Positions 18,732-28,666 of a stretch of 64,000 nucleotides of DNA are shown here, one piece after another. Source of the stretch: Firmicutes bacterium UBA3570 (GTDB taxonomy: Bacteria; Bacillota; Sulfobacillia; UBA3561); NCBI GenBank assembly GCA_002376005.1, contig DFNJ01000022.1, forward strand, positions 42,434 to 106,433. The letters are read 5' to 3'. Both the position numbers and the translations under genes were made by a program. Under the pieces are notes generated by a model that saw only the letters and a list, made by a program, of their open reading frames with translations, ran no database searches and had not been told where the DNA came from. Every line of letters begins with the position of its first letter. The first letter of the stretch is position 1.

Positions 18732-21457
18732 GGTGAACCCCCTTCTGGTGATTGCAGCAGCCTCTCCAGACGCTCCAGCAACTGACCCAGTTCTTCGATG
18801 GCTTGACCGTAACCGGCCCAGTCGCCCGACCGGAGTCTCTCCTGGGCGGTCTGGTACACCTGCCGTGCTCGCTCCGCCAGCTGGGCGGCAGTCAGCGCTT
18901 CCGGTGGAGCACCGGGCGCGGTGGGCTCCTCCGGCACTGCGGGTGCCTCACCGAACACCCTTCGCAGGGCGGCGTCCACCGACGTATCCATGGCCACGCG
19001 GTCTCCGTACGCCACGATCACCCTCTTGAGCTCCGGAAGCTGAGTGGCCTCCGCCTGCAGATAAAGCGGCTCAACGTAGATGATGGAATCATTTATCGGG
19101 ATGACCAGCAGATTCCCGCGGATCACGTCCGATCCCAGCTGTCCCCACAGGGTCAGCAGCTGGGAGATCTCCGGCTCCTGGTCGATCCGGGCCTCGATCT
19201 GCATGGGTCCGAAGATGAGTCGTTCCTTCGGGAACCGGTACACGAACAGCTCGCCGTATTTCGGAGGGTCGCAGCGGGCGGCCAACCAGGCGATCATGTT
19301 GTCTTTGCGCACCGGAGTGAAGGGAACCATGAGGAGGAACTCGGGCTGTTCCTCTCCCGGCACCGTCATGATGATGTAGTAGGGATCCATGGGCTGGTGC
19401 TTGCCCATGTACAGCTCGTTAGGTATCTCCCACAGGTCCTCCTTGTTGTAGAACACCACCGGATCGGTCATGTGGTACACTGCGTACATCTCCGCCTGGA
19501 TGCGGAAAAGATCCTCGGGGTATCGGATGTGTCGCGCCAAGTCTGCGGGCATTTCCGAGAACGGCCGGAACAGATCCGGGAAGATGCGTCGCCAGGTCTG
19601 GATGATGGGGTCCTGATCGTCGATGACGTAAAAGATGGTGTCGCCATGGTAGGCATGAATCAGCACTTTCACCGAGTTGCGGATGTAGTTGAGTTCGCCG
19701 CGCCACGGCTCACTATAGGGGAATTCCAGGGAGGTGGTGTAGCCATCCATGATCCAGTATAGATGTCCATCTTCCCCGATGACCACGTACGGGTCCTTGT
19801 CGTATCTCAGGAACGGGGCCAGCACTTTCACCCGTTTTACGATATCCCGGTACATGAGGATCTTGCTCTCGTTGGTGATGGCCCCGCTCAACATCATCTG
19901 GTAGCTCCCATACCGCACGGCGAACAGCGCCCGCACCAGCTGGTTGCGCAGGACCACGCCCGCCCGGCCGTCGTAACGGGTATAGGCATTGGTGGCACCC
20001 ACCGGGTAGTCAAATTCCTCCTCCCGGGTATTCACGATCACGTGTTCCCCTGACAGCTCCCCGAAGTAGACCCGGGGCTGAGTGATTTGGGGCGCCCCCG
20101 GCCGCGAAGCGGGCGGTATGTCCTTGATCAGGAAGGCGGGCAGACCGTCTTCCGTCATCTCGGAGGCAGGAGACATCACCACCCCGAAGCCATGAGTGAA
20201 CTTGAGATAGCGGTTTACCCAAGTCTGGGCTTCCGCCGGCAGCCTGTCCCGCACCAGCTCCCGAGCCGAGATCATCACCTGCCGGTACTGTCCGTCGATG
20301 TAATATCTGTCCACGTCCACGTCAAAAAAGCTATAGTACAGCCGGATTTCTTGCATCTGGCTGTAGGTGTCCCGCAGGGCCCGCCAGTCCCACAGCCTGA
20401 TGTTCTCCACCGTGCCTCGCTCCGCGACCACCTGCTCGTACGTGAGATCCATGGTCGCCGGATAGGGGTGCTCGGCTATGGCCCCGAGACCGTAAGCGAA
20501 ACGGGTGGCAGCAATGTTGTGCTCCAGGAAGGGACGTTCCATAGCGATCTCGTTGGGTGCTACCCGCACCTGCTGCACGAAAGACGGGTACAGGTTCCCC
20601 AGCAGGAAGGAGGTCACCGTCAGGGCCACCACTGCCACCACGAAGGGCCTCACGCCCCGGGTGAAGATGTTCACCACCGTGGCCACCGCTCCCAGGGCCG
20701 CCATTACCATCAAGATCCGCAGCACCGGCAGAACGGCGTGGATGTCGGTGTAGCTCGCCCCGAAAACCACTCCCCGTGGGGAATACACCAGTCGCTGGAT
20801 CCGGAGGTAGTAGTCCACCACCTTGAGGAGGAAGTACGAGGCAGCCAGGATTGCCAGGTGAGCCTTGGCCCGACGGGCGATGCTCACATGGCCGGCCACA
20901 TAGGTCACCGCCCCGGTGAGGAAATAGATGAAGGCGGAAGCGATGAAGGAAAGGGCCAGCAGCAGAGTGAGGTAGCGATGCACCAGGGACAACATGGGCA
21001 GCACGAACACGTAGAATGCCGCGTCCCGGCCGAACAGGGGATCGGTGAAACCAAAATCGCTGCGGTTGAAGTACTTCAGCACCACCGCCCACTGGTCCGA
21101 AGCCACCACGCCCGCCACCAGAGAACCCGCCACCAGAGCTACCAGCATCAGTAGCGAGACCCGCTGCCACTGCAAGCCAGTGGGCAACCCCCGCTCGTCC
21201 AGCACGGTGATGGGTATCCGACGTCTGAGGCGGCGGGCGAAGATCACATTGGCCCCGAGGAACGCCCCGAACAGGGCTCCCGCCACCAACCCCACCGCCA
21301 GCTTTGCCTTGTAGGTGGTCAGAAAGACCGAGCCGTAGCCCAAACTCTCAAACCACAGCCACTCCGTGTACAGGCGCGAGCCTACGAAAAGGAAGAACAC
21401 GAGCAGGGCAACCGCTATGGCCAGAACGGTGAGCGCGGCTCGCGGCAGGTTCGTCAC
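18728..21457 (-). CDS. UPF0182-family large integral membrane protein (909 aa)
   Basis: Seven hydrophobic helices in the N-terminal ~280 aa followed by a ~600-aa soluble region; size and architecture match UPF0182. Confidence 0.65.
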   Translation of the reverse strand: MTNLPRAALTVLAIAVALLVFFLFVGSRLYTEWLWFESLGYGSVFLTTYKAKLAVGLVAGALFGAFLGANVIFARRLRRRIPITVLDERGLPTGLQWQRVSLLMLVALVAGSLVAGVVASDQWAVVLKYFNRSDFGFTDPLFGRDAAFYVFVLPMLSLVHRYLTLLLALSFIASAFIYFLTGAVTYVAGHVSIARRAKAHLAILAASYFLLKVVDYYLRIQRLVYSPRGVVFGASYTDIHAVLPVLRILMVMAALGAVATVVNIFTRGVRPFVVAVVALTVTSFLLGNLYPSFVQQVRVAPNEIAMERPFLEHNIAATRFAYGLGAIAEHPYPATMDLTYEQVVAERGTVENIRLWDWRALRDTYSQMQEIRLYYSFFDVDVDRYYIDGQYRQVMISARELVRDRLPAEAQTWVNRYLKFTHGFGVVMSPASEMTEDGLPAFLIKDIPPASRPGAPQITQPRVYFGELSGEHVIVNTREEEFDYPVGATNAYTRYDGRAGVVLRNQLVRALFAVRYGSYQMMLSGAITNESKILMYRDIVKRVKVLAPFLRYDKDPYVVIGEDGHLYWIMDGYTTSLEFPYSEPWRGELNYIRNSVKVLIHAYHGDTIFYVIDDQDPIIQTWRRIFPDLFRPFSEMPADLARHIRYPEDLFRIQAEMYAVYHMTDPVVFYNKEDLWEIPNELYMGKHQPMDPYYIIMTVPGEEQPEFLLMVPFTPVRKDNMIAWLAARCDPPKYGELFVYRFPKERLIFGPMQIEARIDQEPEISQLLTLWGQLGSDVIRGNLLVIPINDSIIYVEPLYLQAEATQLPELKRVIVAYGDRVAMDTSVDAALRRVFGEAPAVPEEPTAPGAPPEALTAAQLAERARQVYQTAQERLRSGDWAGYGQAIEELGQLLERLERLLQSPEGGSP

Positions 21458-21463
21458 CGTCCA

Positions 21464-22864
21464 TCACTCCCTTCCTCCGCCAGCTGACGGGTCCCGTCTT
21501 CCACGTAGCACTTCTTCCCACATCTTCAAGTACCCTTCCTTGCTGTAGCGAGGATTGTATTCTCGGAGGACTCGTCGCGCTTTGACCGCTCCATCATACA
21601 GGAGGTCAATGCAGGTCAGGGCCATGGCCTTGGCGGGCACCACGTAAGCCAGCTCCTCGTCCACCACCCGGAAGGAATCTGAATGCCCCGTGCCCTCGCA
21701 GCCTCCGATCATGGGATGAATCGCCGGTATCAGGTGCATTAGGTCCCCCATGTCGCTCGATCCAGCAGCGTGCCCCCCTTCCCCCACCGCATCTTCTCCC
21801 AGCAACTCGACGAGGTTGGTGCGAAAGATAGCGGTCAACCTGGGTTCGTTGAGGCGCGGGAGGTACCCCGGCAGTTCGGTGATCGTCACCTCCGCCCCCA
21901 CTGCGTAGGCACCCGCCTCCAGCGCCCGGTTCACTTTACGGTTGGCATCCAGCATTGCTTCCACCGTTTTGGCCCGGACGTAAGTCTCCAGCCGCACGTC
22001 GGCCGGTATGATGTTCACCAGGTCCCCACCCCTGGTGATCACCGGATGCACCCGCACCGTGTCCTCGTCCCTGAACGTCTCCCTCAGGCAGTGTATCCCC
22101 ATGATGCCCAGCAGCGCGGCGTTGAGGGCGTTGACCCCGGCGTGGGGCGCGGCACCCGCGTGCGCTTCCTTTCCTCGGTATCTCACCAGCTTGCCGATGA
22201 AGCCGTTACTGGTCCCTCCCACCGTAGCCCGCTTGTCCCGCAGCGAGCTCAGGTGAACCATCATCGCCAGGTCCACGTCGTCGAACTCCCCGCGGGCGAT
22301 CAGCTCCTGTTTGCCCCCGAGAAACGAGATAATGCCCTGCTGGCGCAGGGCGTACCGGTACTCAATTTCCACGTATTCCTCCGCCGGTACGGCCATGAAC
22401 GCCACCGAGCCGTCGAGCTCATCGATAACCTGAGATTTGACCAGCCCGATGGCCACCCCCACCATTGCCGCCAGCTGCCCGTGGTGACCGCAGGCGTGGG
22501 CAGCTCCCGTCTCCCCGTTGGCCTGGGGATGCCCCGGACATACCACCGCGTCCAGCTCCCCCAAGACCGCCACCCGGGGCACCGGGTGCCGTCCGACAGC
22601 CACCGCCTTGAGCCCGGTGATCGCCAATCCCGTCCTGGGCTCCAGACCACACCCCCGCAGGGCCCGCTCAACCATGGCGGAAGTCGAATGTTCCTTGAAC
22701 CCTAACTCTGGGCAGCGGGCAAGTTCCCGCGCCAGACCCACGATTTCCCTGCGGTGCGCGTCGATGGCCTCCAGAGATCTTTGCTTCAGCTGCTGCACCG
22801 TCAACGGTTCGCCCTCTCCCTTCGCTGCCCACCTTCGAATTTCGCTTCCTTTAGCTTTTTCCAC
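21464..22864 (-). CDS. M20-family amidohydrolase/peptidase (M20D, AbgB/hippurate hydrolase-like)
   Basis: 466 aa; HACGHHG metal-binding motif, dimerisation-domain insert, C-terminal EGTGHSDSF; start uncertain (GTG 22864 overlaps regulator; GTG 22798 does not). Confidence 0.8.
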   Translation of the reverse strand: MEKAKGSEIRRWAAKGEGEPLTVQQLKQRSLEAIDAHRREIVGLARELARCPELGFKEHSTSAMVERALRGCGLEPRTGLAITGLKAVAVGRHPVPRVAVLGELDAVVCPGHPQANGETGAAHACGHHGQLAAMVGVAIGLVKSQVIDELDGSVAFMAVPAEEYVEIEYRYALRQQGIISFLGGKQELIARGEFDDVDLAMMVHLSSLRDKRATVGGTSNGFIGKLVRYRGKEAHAGAAPHAGVNALNAALLGIMGIHCLRETFRDEDTVRVHPVITRGGDLVNIIPADVRLETYVRAKTVEAMLDANRKVNRALEAGAYAVGAEVTITELPGYLPRLNEPRLTAIFRTNLVELLGEDAVGEGGHAAGSSDMGDLMHLIPAIHPMIGGCEGTGHSDSFRVVDEELAYVVPAKAMALTCIDLLYDGAVKARRVLREYNPRYSKEGYLKMWEEVLRGRRDPSAGGGRE

Positions 22865-24672
22865 AAAGTGGTGCGGGAAATGCCCAGCTGCTTGGCCAGG
22901 GCGGTCCGGCTGCCCGGAAAGCGCTCCGCCATCTGGCAGATGATCTGTCTCACCATGTCATCCAGCTTCCCCACGCTGACCACCAGGAGGTCCCCCACCT
23001 TGGGGGCCTCGACCCAGCCCGGAGTGCGGAGCTCTCTCAGTGCTGCCTCCTCTACGAAGGATTGCGGCAGCAACGGCATGCCGCGCCGTAGCCTGAGATA
23101 GATGCGGACGAAATTGGCCAGCTCCCGCACGTTACCCGGCCACCGGTGCTCCAGCAAGCGCTGCAGCGCCTCCTCGGACAGCTCCATTTCCTCGCCCCGC
23201 GCACCCTCGGCCGCCAGCAGGTCTCGCAGCAGGCCCGGCAGATCCTCCCGGCGTTCCCGCAGCGGCGGGACGTGCAGCACGCTAGCCGACAGTCGGAAGA
23301 ACAGCTCGGGCAGGAAGCAGCCCGCATCGACCAAAGGGGTGAGATCCGCCCGACTGATGGCCACCAACCGCGGCACGCCAGACGGCCCAACCGGACCCAT
23401 TTCCGCCATCATCGCCACCAAGCGAGCCTGCGCCGGTTCCCGCAGGGCACCAACCTCATCCAGCACCAGGGTACCACCCTGCGCCTGATCCCACAGGCCG
23501 GCACCTTCTTCCGCATCTCCGAAGAGCTGGCGGACCTGCCAGGTTCCATCGCCAGCCGCACACCGCATGATCACCAAGGGCCCGTCGCCTCTGGGACCGG
23601 CCCGATGCAGCGCATGTGCCAGCACTTCTTTGCCTGTCCCCGCTTCGCCGAGTATGAGGACGGGCTCGCTGGTGGCGGCCACTTGCTGCGCCCGGGCCAT
23701 CAGCTGCCTCATGGCGGGACTTTGAGCCCAAAGGTCTTCCAGAGACCATCGGGCCCGGTGCTCCGGCTTTGCCACCGGTCGCCCGACTTCCGCCCACCAC
23801 TTCTGCAGCCGATCGACACCGATCACCGCCGCCAACCAGTGTCCAGCAGCTCCCGGCCGGGCATCCAGCAGCGCCACCACCCTACCCGAGCGCCGTATCC
23901 GGACCAGTTGCGGTTTGCCTCCCTGTGCGATGCGCGCCAGCAGCCTTGTGAGATGGGGGGGAAGGGCTGGGGCATCCTGCAGGTCCACCAGTTCGGCGGC
24001 CGACGGGCTACTCAGCACCACCCGGCCTGCCCCATCGCCCAGCAGGATTCCCACCGGTAGCCGGCCCAAGGCATCTCTCAGCATCCTGAATCCGCTGGCA
24101 TGCGCCGCCGAGGCTGCCAGCACGGCGTCCGCCTGGGCAACTAGCGTCCTGGCGGTCACCGGCCCCAGCTTGACTTCCTCGGCCTCCAGCCCCACCTCGC
24201 GGGCCAGGCGACAGACCACCGGCCCCGCCACCACCACCCCTCCCCGCGATTTCAGGCCCTGCAGGAACTGACGTATGCCGCCCACCGAGCGCGGCGGCCG
24301 ATGGATGCAAACTGGCACCCGACACAGCTCCTGGAGTTCCCCCGCCGGCATGGGTGTAGCATCGAAGTGCACCACGTGGGCCGGGGACGCCTTTCGCTTC
24401 CTGGCCCGAATGATGGCCGTCGCTACGTCAGCCAGGGACGGCGTGAGTGGTAGCACGGGGAGCAGGGGGATGCTGGCCAGCTGTCCCAGCAGAACCACGG
24501 GCGCGAACACCAGATCGGGCAGCCGATCGAGCACGCGGCGGACCAACTCCGCATGATTGGTTGCCTCCGCATCCAGTGCCACCACGCGGTGTCCCCGTTC
24601 CTGTGCCGCCTCCCGGAAGCAGGCAACCGTCTCCGGGCTGGCACCGGTCAGTGCCAGTAGGCGCTCCGGCAT
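22801..24672 (-). CDS. Sigma-54-dependent transcriptional activator with PrpR-type N-terminal sensor domain
   Basis: AAA+ sigma-54 activator core (ILGEAGTGKEV, GAFTGA-like GDAEEGAG region, ESELFG-like ELFFRL), C-terminal Fis-type HTH (RTALAKQLGISRTTLWKKLK); N-terminus MPERLLAL trimmed from over-extended ORF. Confidence 0.8.
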   Translation of the reverse strand: MPERLLALTGASPETVACFREAAQERGHRVVALDAEATNHAELVRRVLDRLPDLVFAPVVLLGQLASIPLLPVLPLTPSLADVATAIIRARKRKASPAHVVHFDATPMPAGELQELCRVPVCIHRPPRSVGGIRQFLQGLKSRGGVVVAGPVVCRLAREVGLEAEEVKLGPVTARTLVAQADAVLAASAAHASGFRMLRDALGRLPVGILLGDGAGRVVLSSPSAAELVDLQDAPALPPHLTRLLARIAQGGKPQLVRIRRSGRVVALLDARPGAAGHWLAAVIGVDRLQKWWAEVGRPVAKPEHRARWSLEDLWAQSPAMRQLMARAQQVAATSEPVLILGEAGTGKEVLAHALHRAGPRGDGPLVIMRCAAGDGTWQVRQLFGDAEEGAGLWDQAQGGTLVLDEVGALREPAQARLVAMMAEMGPVGPSGVPRLVAISRADLTPLVDAGCFLPELFFRLSASVLHVPPLRERREDLPGLLRDLLAAEGARGEEMELSEEALQRLLEHRWPGNVRELANFVRIYLRLRRGMPLLPQSFVEEAALRELRTPGWVEAPKVGDLLVVSVGKLDDMVRQIICQMAERFPGSRTALAKQLGISRTTLWKKLKEAKFEGGQRRERANR

Positions 24673-24694
24673 GCTCCCCGCTCCCTTCCACCGG

Positions 24695-26350
24695 TCAACG
24701 CATGGGGATTCGGAGTCCCGCCCTTTCTGCCGCCCGTATCGCCCTTTCGTAACCGGCATCCGCGTGTCTCAGTATCCCCAGACCCGGATCGGCGTTCAGC
24801 ACCCGCTCCAGGCGGGCGTCCGCTTCCGTGGTTCCGTCCGCCACCACCACCATTCCCGCGTGCAGGGAATAACCGATGCCCACTCCGCCGCCGTGGTGAA
24901 CGGACACCCAGCTGGCCCCGCAGACGGCATTGAGGAGGGCATTCAAGATGGGCCAGTCAGCGATGGCATCGCTGCCGTCTCGCATGCCCTCCGTCTCCCG
25001 GTTGGGAGAAGCCACCGATCCCGCATCCAGGTGATCCCTGCCGATGACCACCGGGGCCTTGATCTTGCCCTCGCGCACCAGCTGGTTTATCGCCAGACCG
25101 AAACGCGCGCGTTCGCCGTAGCCCAGCCAGCAGATGCGGGCCGGCAGCCCCTGGAAGGGCACCTTGTCCCGGGCCTTCCGGATCCAGCGGGCCAGGGATT
25201 CATCTTCCGGGAACTCCCGCAGGACCACTTCGTCGGTGACGTAGATGTCCTGCGGATCGCCCGACAGGGCCACCCAGCGGAAGGGCCCGCGGCCCTCGCA
25301 GAACAGCGGGCGGATGTATGCAGGGACGAAGCCGGGGAAGGAAAAGGCTTCCTTCAGTCCCCCTTCCCGAGCCTGACCGCGGATGTTGTTTCCGTAATCG
25401 AAAACTACCGCACCCCTCATCTTGAACTCCACCATTGCCTGCACGTGGACCACCACACTGTCCCGGGCCCGCCGCAGGTACTCCTCCGGCTGGCGCTGCC
25501 GAAGCTCTCTCGCTTCTTGTACGGTTAGTCCGGCGGGGATGTACCCGTCCAGCAAGTCGTGCGCTGCGGTCTGGTCGGTGACCACGTCGGGGATGATGTT
25601 CCGGCGCGCCAGCTCCGGGTAGACCTCAGCGGCGTTCCCCAGCAGGGCTACCGACAATGCACGGCCCTCCGCGGCCGCCGACTGAACCAACCGCAGGGCC
25701 TCATCCAGGTCCTCGCAGGCGCGATCGCAGTATCCGATGTCCACTCTCCTGCGAATCCGCTCTGGATCCACTTCCACCACCAGCGCGGCACCCTCGTTCA
25801 TGGTGATGGCCATGGGTTGCGCGCCCCCCATGCCGCCCAACCCTGCCGACAGCACCCACTTGCCTTTGAGGGTTCCCCCGAAGTGCTGGCGGGCCACCTC
25901 CGCGAAGGTCTCGTAGGTACCCTGGAGGATCCCCTGAGTACCGATGTATATCCACGACCCGGCGGTCATCTGCCCGAACATGATCAGGCCCTTGGCCTCC
26001 AGCTTCCAAAACTCCTCCCAGTTGGCCCAGGCGGGTACCAGCAGCGAATTAGCTATGAGCACCCTCGGGGCCCACTGGTGGGTGGGAAGAACGCCCACCG
26101 GCTTGCCCGACTGTACCAGTAAGGTCTCGTCGTTTTCCAGCTCTTCCAGACACCGGACGATGGCCTCGAAGGCCTCCCAGTTGCGCGCCGCCTTGCCCGT
26201 CCCTCCGTAGACTATGAGCTGGTCGGGTTTCTCGGCCACCTCCGGGTCCAGATTATTCATCAGCATCCTGAGAGCGGCTTCCTGCTGCCACCCCTTGCAG
26301 CGCAGGGCCGTCCCTCGCGGTGCCCTCACCGTCCGCACCTTGGATTTCAC
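24695..26350 (-). CDS. hutU: Urocanate hydratase (urocanase family)
   Basis: 551 aa; full-length urocanase-family sequence with NAD-binding GGMGGAQP and conserved C-terminal half; GTG start with AGGAGGGGG RBS. Confidence 0.88.
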   Translation of the reverse strand: MKSKVRTVRAPRGTALRCKGWQQEAALRMLMNNLDPEVAEKPDQLIVYGGTGKAARNWEAFEAIVRCLEELENDETLLVQSGKPVGVLPTHQWAPRVLIANSLLVPAWANWEEFWKLEAKGLIMFGQMTAGSWIYIGTQGILQGTYETFAEVARQHFGGTLKGKWVLSAGLGGMGGAQPMAITMNEGAALVVEVDPERIRRRVDIGYCDRACEDLDEALRLVQSAAAEGRALSVALLGNAAEVYPELARRNIIPDVVTDQTAAHDLLDGYIPAGLTVQEARELRQRQPEEYLRRARDSVVVHVQAMVEFKMRGAVVFDYGNNIRGQAREGGLKEAFSFPGFVPAYIRPLFCEGRGPFRWVALSGDPQDIYVTDEVVLREFPEDESLARWIRKARDKVPFQGLPARICWLGYGERARFGLAINQLVREGKIKAPVVIGRDHLDAGSVASPNRETEGMRDGSDAIADWPILNALLNAVCGASWVSVHHGGGVGIGYSLHAGMVVVADGTTEADARLERVLNADPGLGILRHADAGYERAIRAAERAGLRIPMR

Positions 26351-26389
26351 CCATTTCCCCCTCCTTTGGTGGGCATGATGTACGCGCAG

Positions 26390-27019
26390 TCACCCCCGCG
26401 GGCGACGGTTAACCACCACCACTCTGGGCTGCCCCGGCCGCGGACGAAGACCTTCCAGGAACAGCGATTCTACCGCCCCCGCTGCACCTTCCGGTATCCG
26501 GCCTTCCCGCAGCTGATAGTATCTCGAGGCCCCGCTCAGCAGCCCTATCAGCGCGCTGGCCGCCAGACAAGGGTCCACGGGCTGCAGCTGGCCTTCCTCA
26601 CATCCCCGTCTGATGATCTCGGCGATGAACCTTACGTACTCCCTCGCCACTCCCTCCAGGCGCTCCAGCAGGCCCCGCGGCCCCTCCCCCGATCGGCACG
26701 ACAGCAGCCTGTCCAGGTGTCGGTGGTTGTTTGCTTCCTGCAAGTGAAGCCGGATGAGTAGCCGCAACTGGCTCAAGGGAGTGGGCTCTTCCGCCACCCT
26801 CCTGGCGATCCTCTCCGCGGCCTCACGGAGCCAATCCACCAGGGCACAGCCGTACAGCTCTTCCTTGCTCTTGAAGTACAAGTAGACGGTCCCCTTGGCG
26901 ACGCCGGCGGCCTGCGCCACCTCCTCCATGGTCACCTCGTGAAAATCGCGCCGATCGAACACTGCCAGTGCTGCGCGCAAAATGCTCTCTCGCCGTTTTG
27001 CCTCCGTCTTACCCGACAT
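26390..27019 (-). CDS. TetR/AcrR-family transcriptional regulator
   Basis: 209 aa; N-terminal TetR HTH (ILRAALAVFDRRDFHEVTMEEVAQAAGVAKGTVYLYFKSKEEL). Confidence 0.8.
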   Translation of the reverse strand: MSGKTEAKRRESILRAALAVFDRRDFHEVTMEEVAQAAGVAKGTVYLYFKSKEELYGCALVDWLREAAERIARRVAEEPTPLSQLRLLIRLHLQEANNHRHLDRLLSCRSGEGPRGLLERLEGVAREYVRFIAEIIRRGCEEGQLQPVDPCLAASALIGLLSGASRYYQLREGRIPEGAAGAVESLFLEGLRPRPGQPRVVVVNRRPRG

Positions 27020-27035
27020 GACCCACCACCTTGTT

Positions 27036-27053
27036 CGACTGACTGGTCAGTCG
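27036..27053. promoter_or_regulatory. Perfect 18-bp palindrome CGACTGAC-TG-GTCAGTCG, candidate TetR operator
   Basis: Read from sequence; 8-bp arms, 2-nt centre, lies 17 nt upstream of the TetR ATG and overlaps the HAD stop codon; loop too short for a terminator hairpin. Confidence 0.45.
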
Positions 27054-27904
27054 CCCACTCCTAGCACCTGCAGTATCTCCAGTACCCCTTCCGCGCAACA
27101 GTTCCTGGCCACCATATCAGCGTGAGGATGCAGCTCCGCCGGTGCGTTTCCCACCAGGGCCCCCACGCCAGCCACCTCCAGCATCTCCATGTCATAATGC
27201 CCATCTCCGATGGCCAGGACCTGCTCAGGCGTCAGCTCCATTAGCTCCGCCAGCTGACGCAACGCCCATCCCTTGCTCGCCTGGTGGTGCTGGATGTCCA
27301 CGTAATGGGGCATGGAACTGGTGACCCGTAGTTCCCGCGGCAGCCGACCCTGCAGGTGCGCCCGCAGGGCCGGTGCCTCCTGAGGATCGACCAGGAGGAG
27401 GATGCGAGTGGGTGCGCGCCCTTCGTCAACGAGGCGTCGCACCAACCCCGGATCGGGCGGAATCGGCTGTTGCAGTATCCCTTCGTAGCGGCGCCGGTGC
27501 TCGCTGTCCCGGTTGGTATAAACCTCGTCACCGAAGAACGCGTAAATCTGATGTCCCAGGCCGGCGATGGCACACATCACCTGGCCCAGCGCCGCCCGCG
27601 GGATGCACAAATGCCGGTACCTCTTGCCGCTCAGCGGGCATCCGATCACTGCTCCACCATCGGTGATAATGGGGTGCCGGATCCCCAGCCTGAGAGCCCA
27701 GCTCCGGGCGGAGGCGAAGATCCTCCCGGTGGCGATGCTGAAGGCACGACCCGTGGCCAGCGTACGTCGCACCGCCTCTTGTGCCACCGAAAGGTCAGAC
27801 TCAGCGCAAATCAGGGTGCCGTCCAGGTCGGTTACCACCAGCCGAAGACGAGCAGCGTCCATCACTCGCTGGGGAATAGGGTGACCCTTGCCCTTCATCC
27901 CCAT
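27047..27904 (-). CDS. Cof-type HAD-IIB family hydrolase
   Basis: VVTDLDGTL motif I, ...GDGHYDMEMLEVAGVGALVGNA motif III; start trimmed to MGMKGKGH (27904). Confidence 0.75.
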   Translation of the reverse strand: MGMKGKGHPIPQRVMDAARLRLVVTDLDGTLICAESDLSVAQEAVRRTLATGRAFSIATGRIFASARSWALRLGIRHPIITDGGAVIGCPLSGKRYRHLCIPRAALGQVMCAIAGLGHQIYAFFGDEVYTNRDSEHRRRYEGILQQPIPPDPGLVRRLVDEGRAPTRILLLVDPQEAPALRAHLQGRLPRELRVTSSMPHYVDIQHHQASKGWALRQLAELMELTPEQVLAIGDGHYDMEMLEVAGVGALVGNAPAELHPHADMVARNCCAEGVLEILQVLGVGD

Positions 27905-28280
27905 GGCTCCCCCATCTTCTTCCCCTCCCCGGCAATGATCCCCCTGGGTCAACGGGCCCGGCGCGGGGGCAAGGCACCACCTGCGCACCGCCTCACGGAA
28001 AGTAACGCCGCGCGGCGGCTGCTGCTTGCCACGGCCACTCCAAACGCCCCGCCCGTGTGAACCGGTGATCACCCCTACCCCGGCATCCACCCCGTTCCTC
28101 GCCCGCCGCCCCACGGTATTCAGCCTGACTACCGTTCGGGTGGGGTGAATCCAGCTGCCGAATCTCCGTCTCCACCAGGAGGGGAACCGCTGCTACGAGA
28201 TACCGCCACCACACAATGGGGATGGGCCCGTCCCCGCCGCCGTGCCGCTTCCAAATTTCATTATATCAGCACCCCGCTCA

Positions 28281-28628
28281 TCAGCTCGGCCTGGGTCCAC
28301 CACGCCATCTGCGCCATGCGACGATCCCCAGCAAGAGCGCCATCACCGGGCTGAGGATGATCCGTTGGTACTGGTGGTATGTCCATTCCAGGCCCAGCAA
28401 CGCGCCGCTGGCGCAGACCCACAGCACCACATTCTCCACCAGCCACCGCTGTCGGGGGCGTCCGCGGAATCGCTGTCGGGTCCAGATGGTGAGCGGCCAG
28501 GCCGCCAGCCCGAGCGACACCCAACCCGTCCACTGAGCCACGCCATCGGGATGGGCATCGAGGGCGAACATCACTATGGAGACGACCCCCCAGGCGGTGG
28601 CCGCGTCTCTCCAGTTCCTGACGGACAT
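28281..28628 (-). CDS. Hypothetical small membrane protein (115 aa, ~3 TM, Trp-rich)
   Basis: ORF between HAD and M14 genes with three hydrophobic segments; no homology recognised. Confidence 0.3.
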   Translation of the reverse strand: MSVRNWRDAATAWGVVSIVMFALDAHPDGVAQWTGWVSLGLAAWPLTIWTRQRFRGRPRQRWLVENVVLWVCASGALLGLEWTYHQYQRIILSPVMALLLGIVAWRRWRGGPRPS

Positions 28629-28666
28629 TCTTCACCGCCGCCTTCGTCCTCCAGTTCGGGAGCAGG

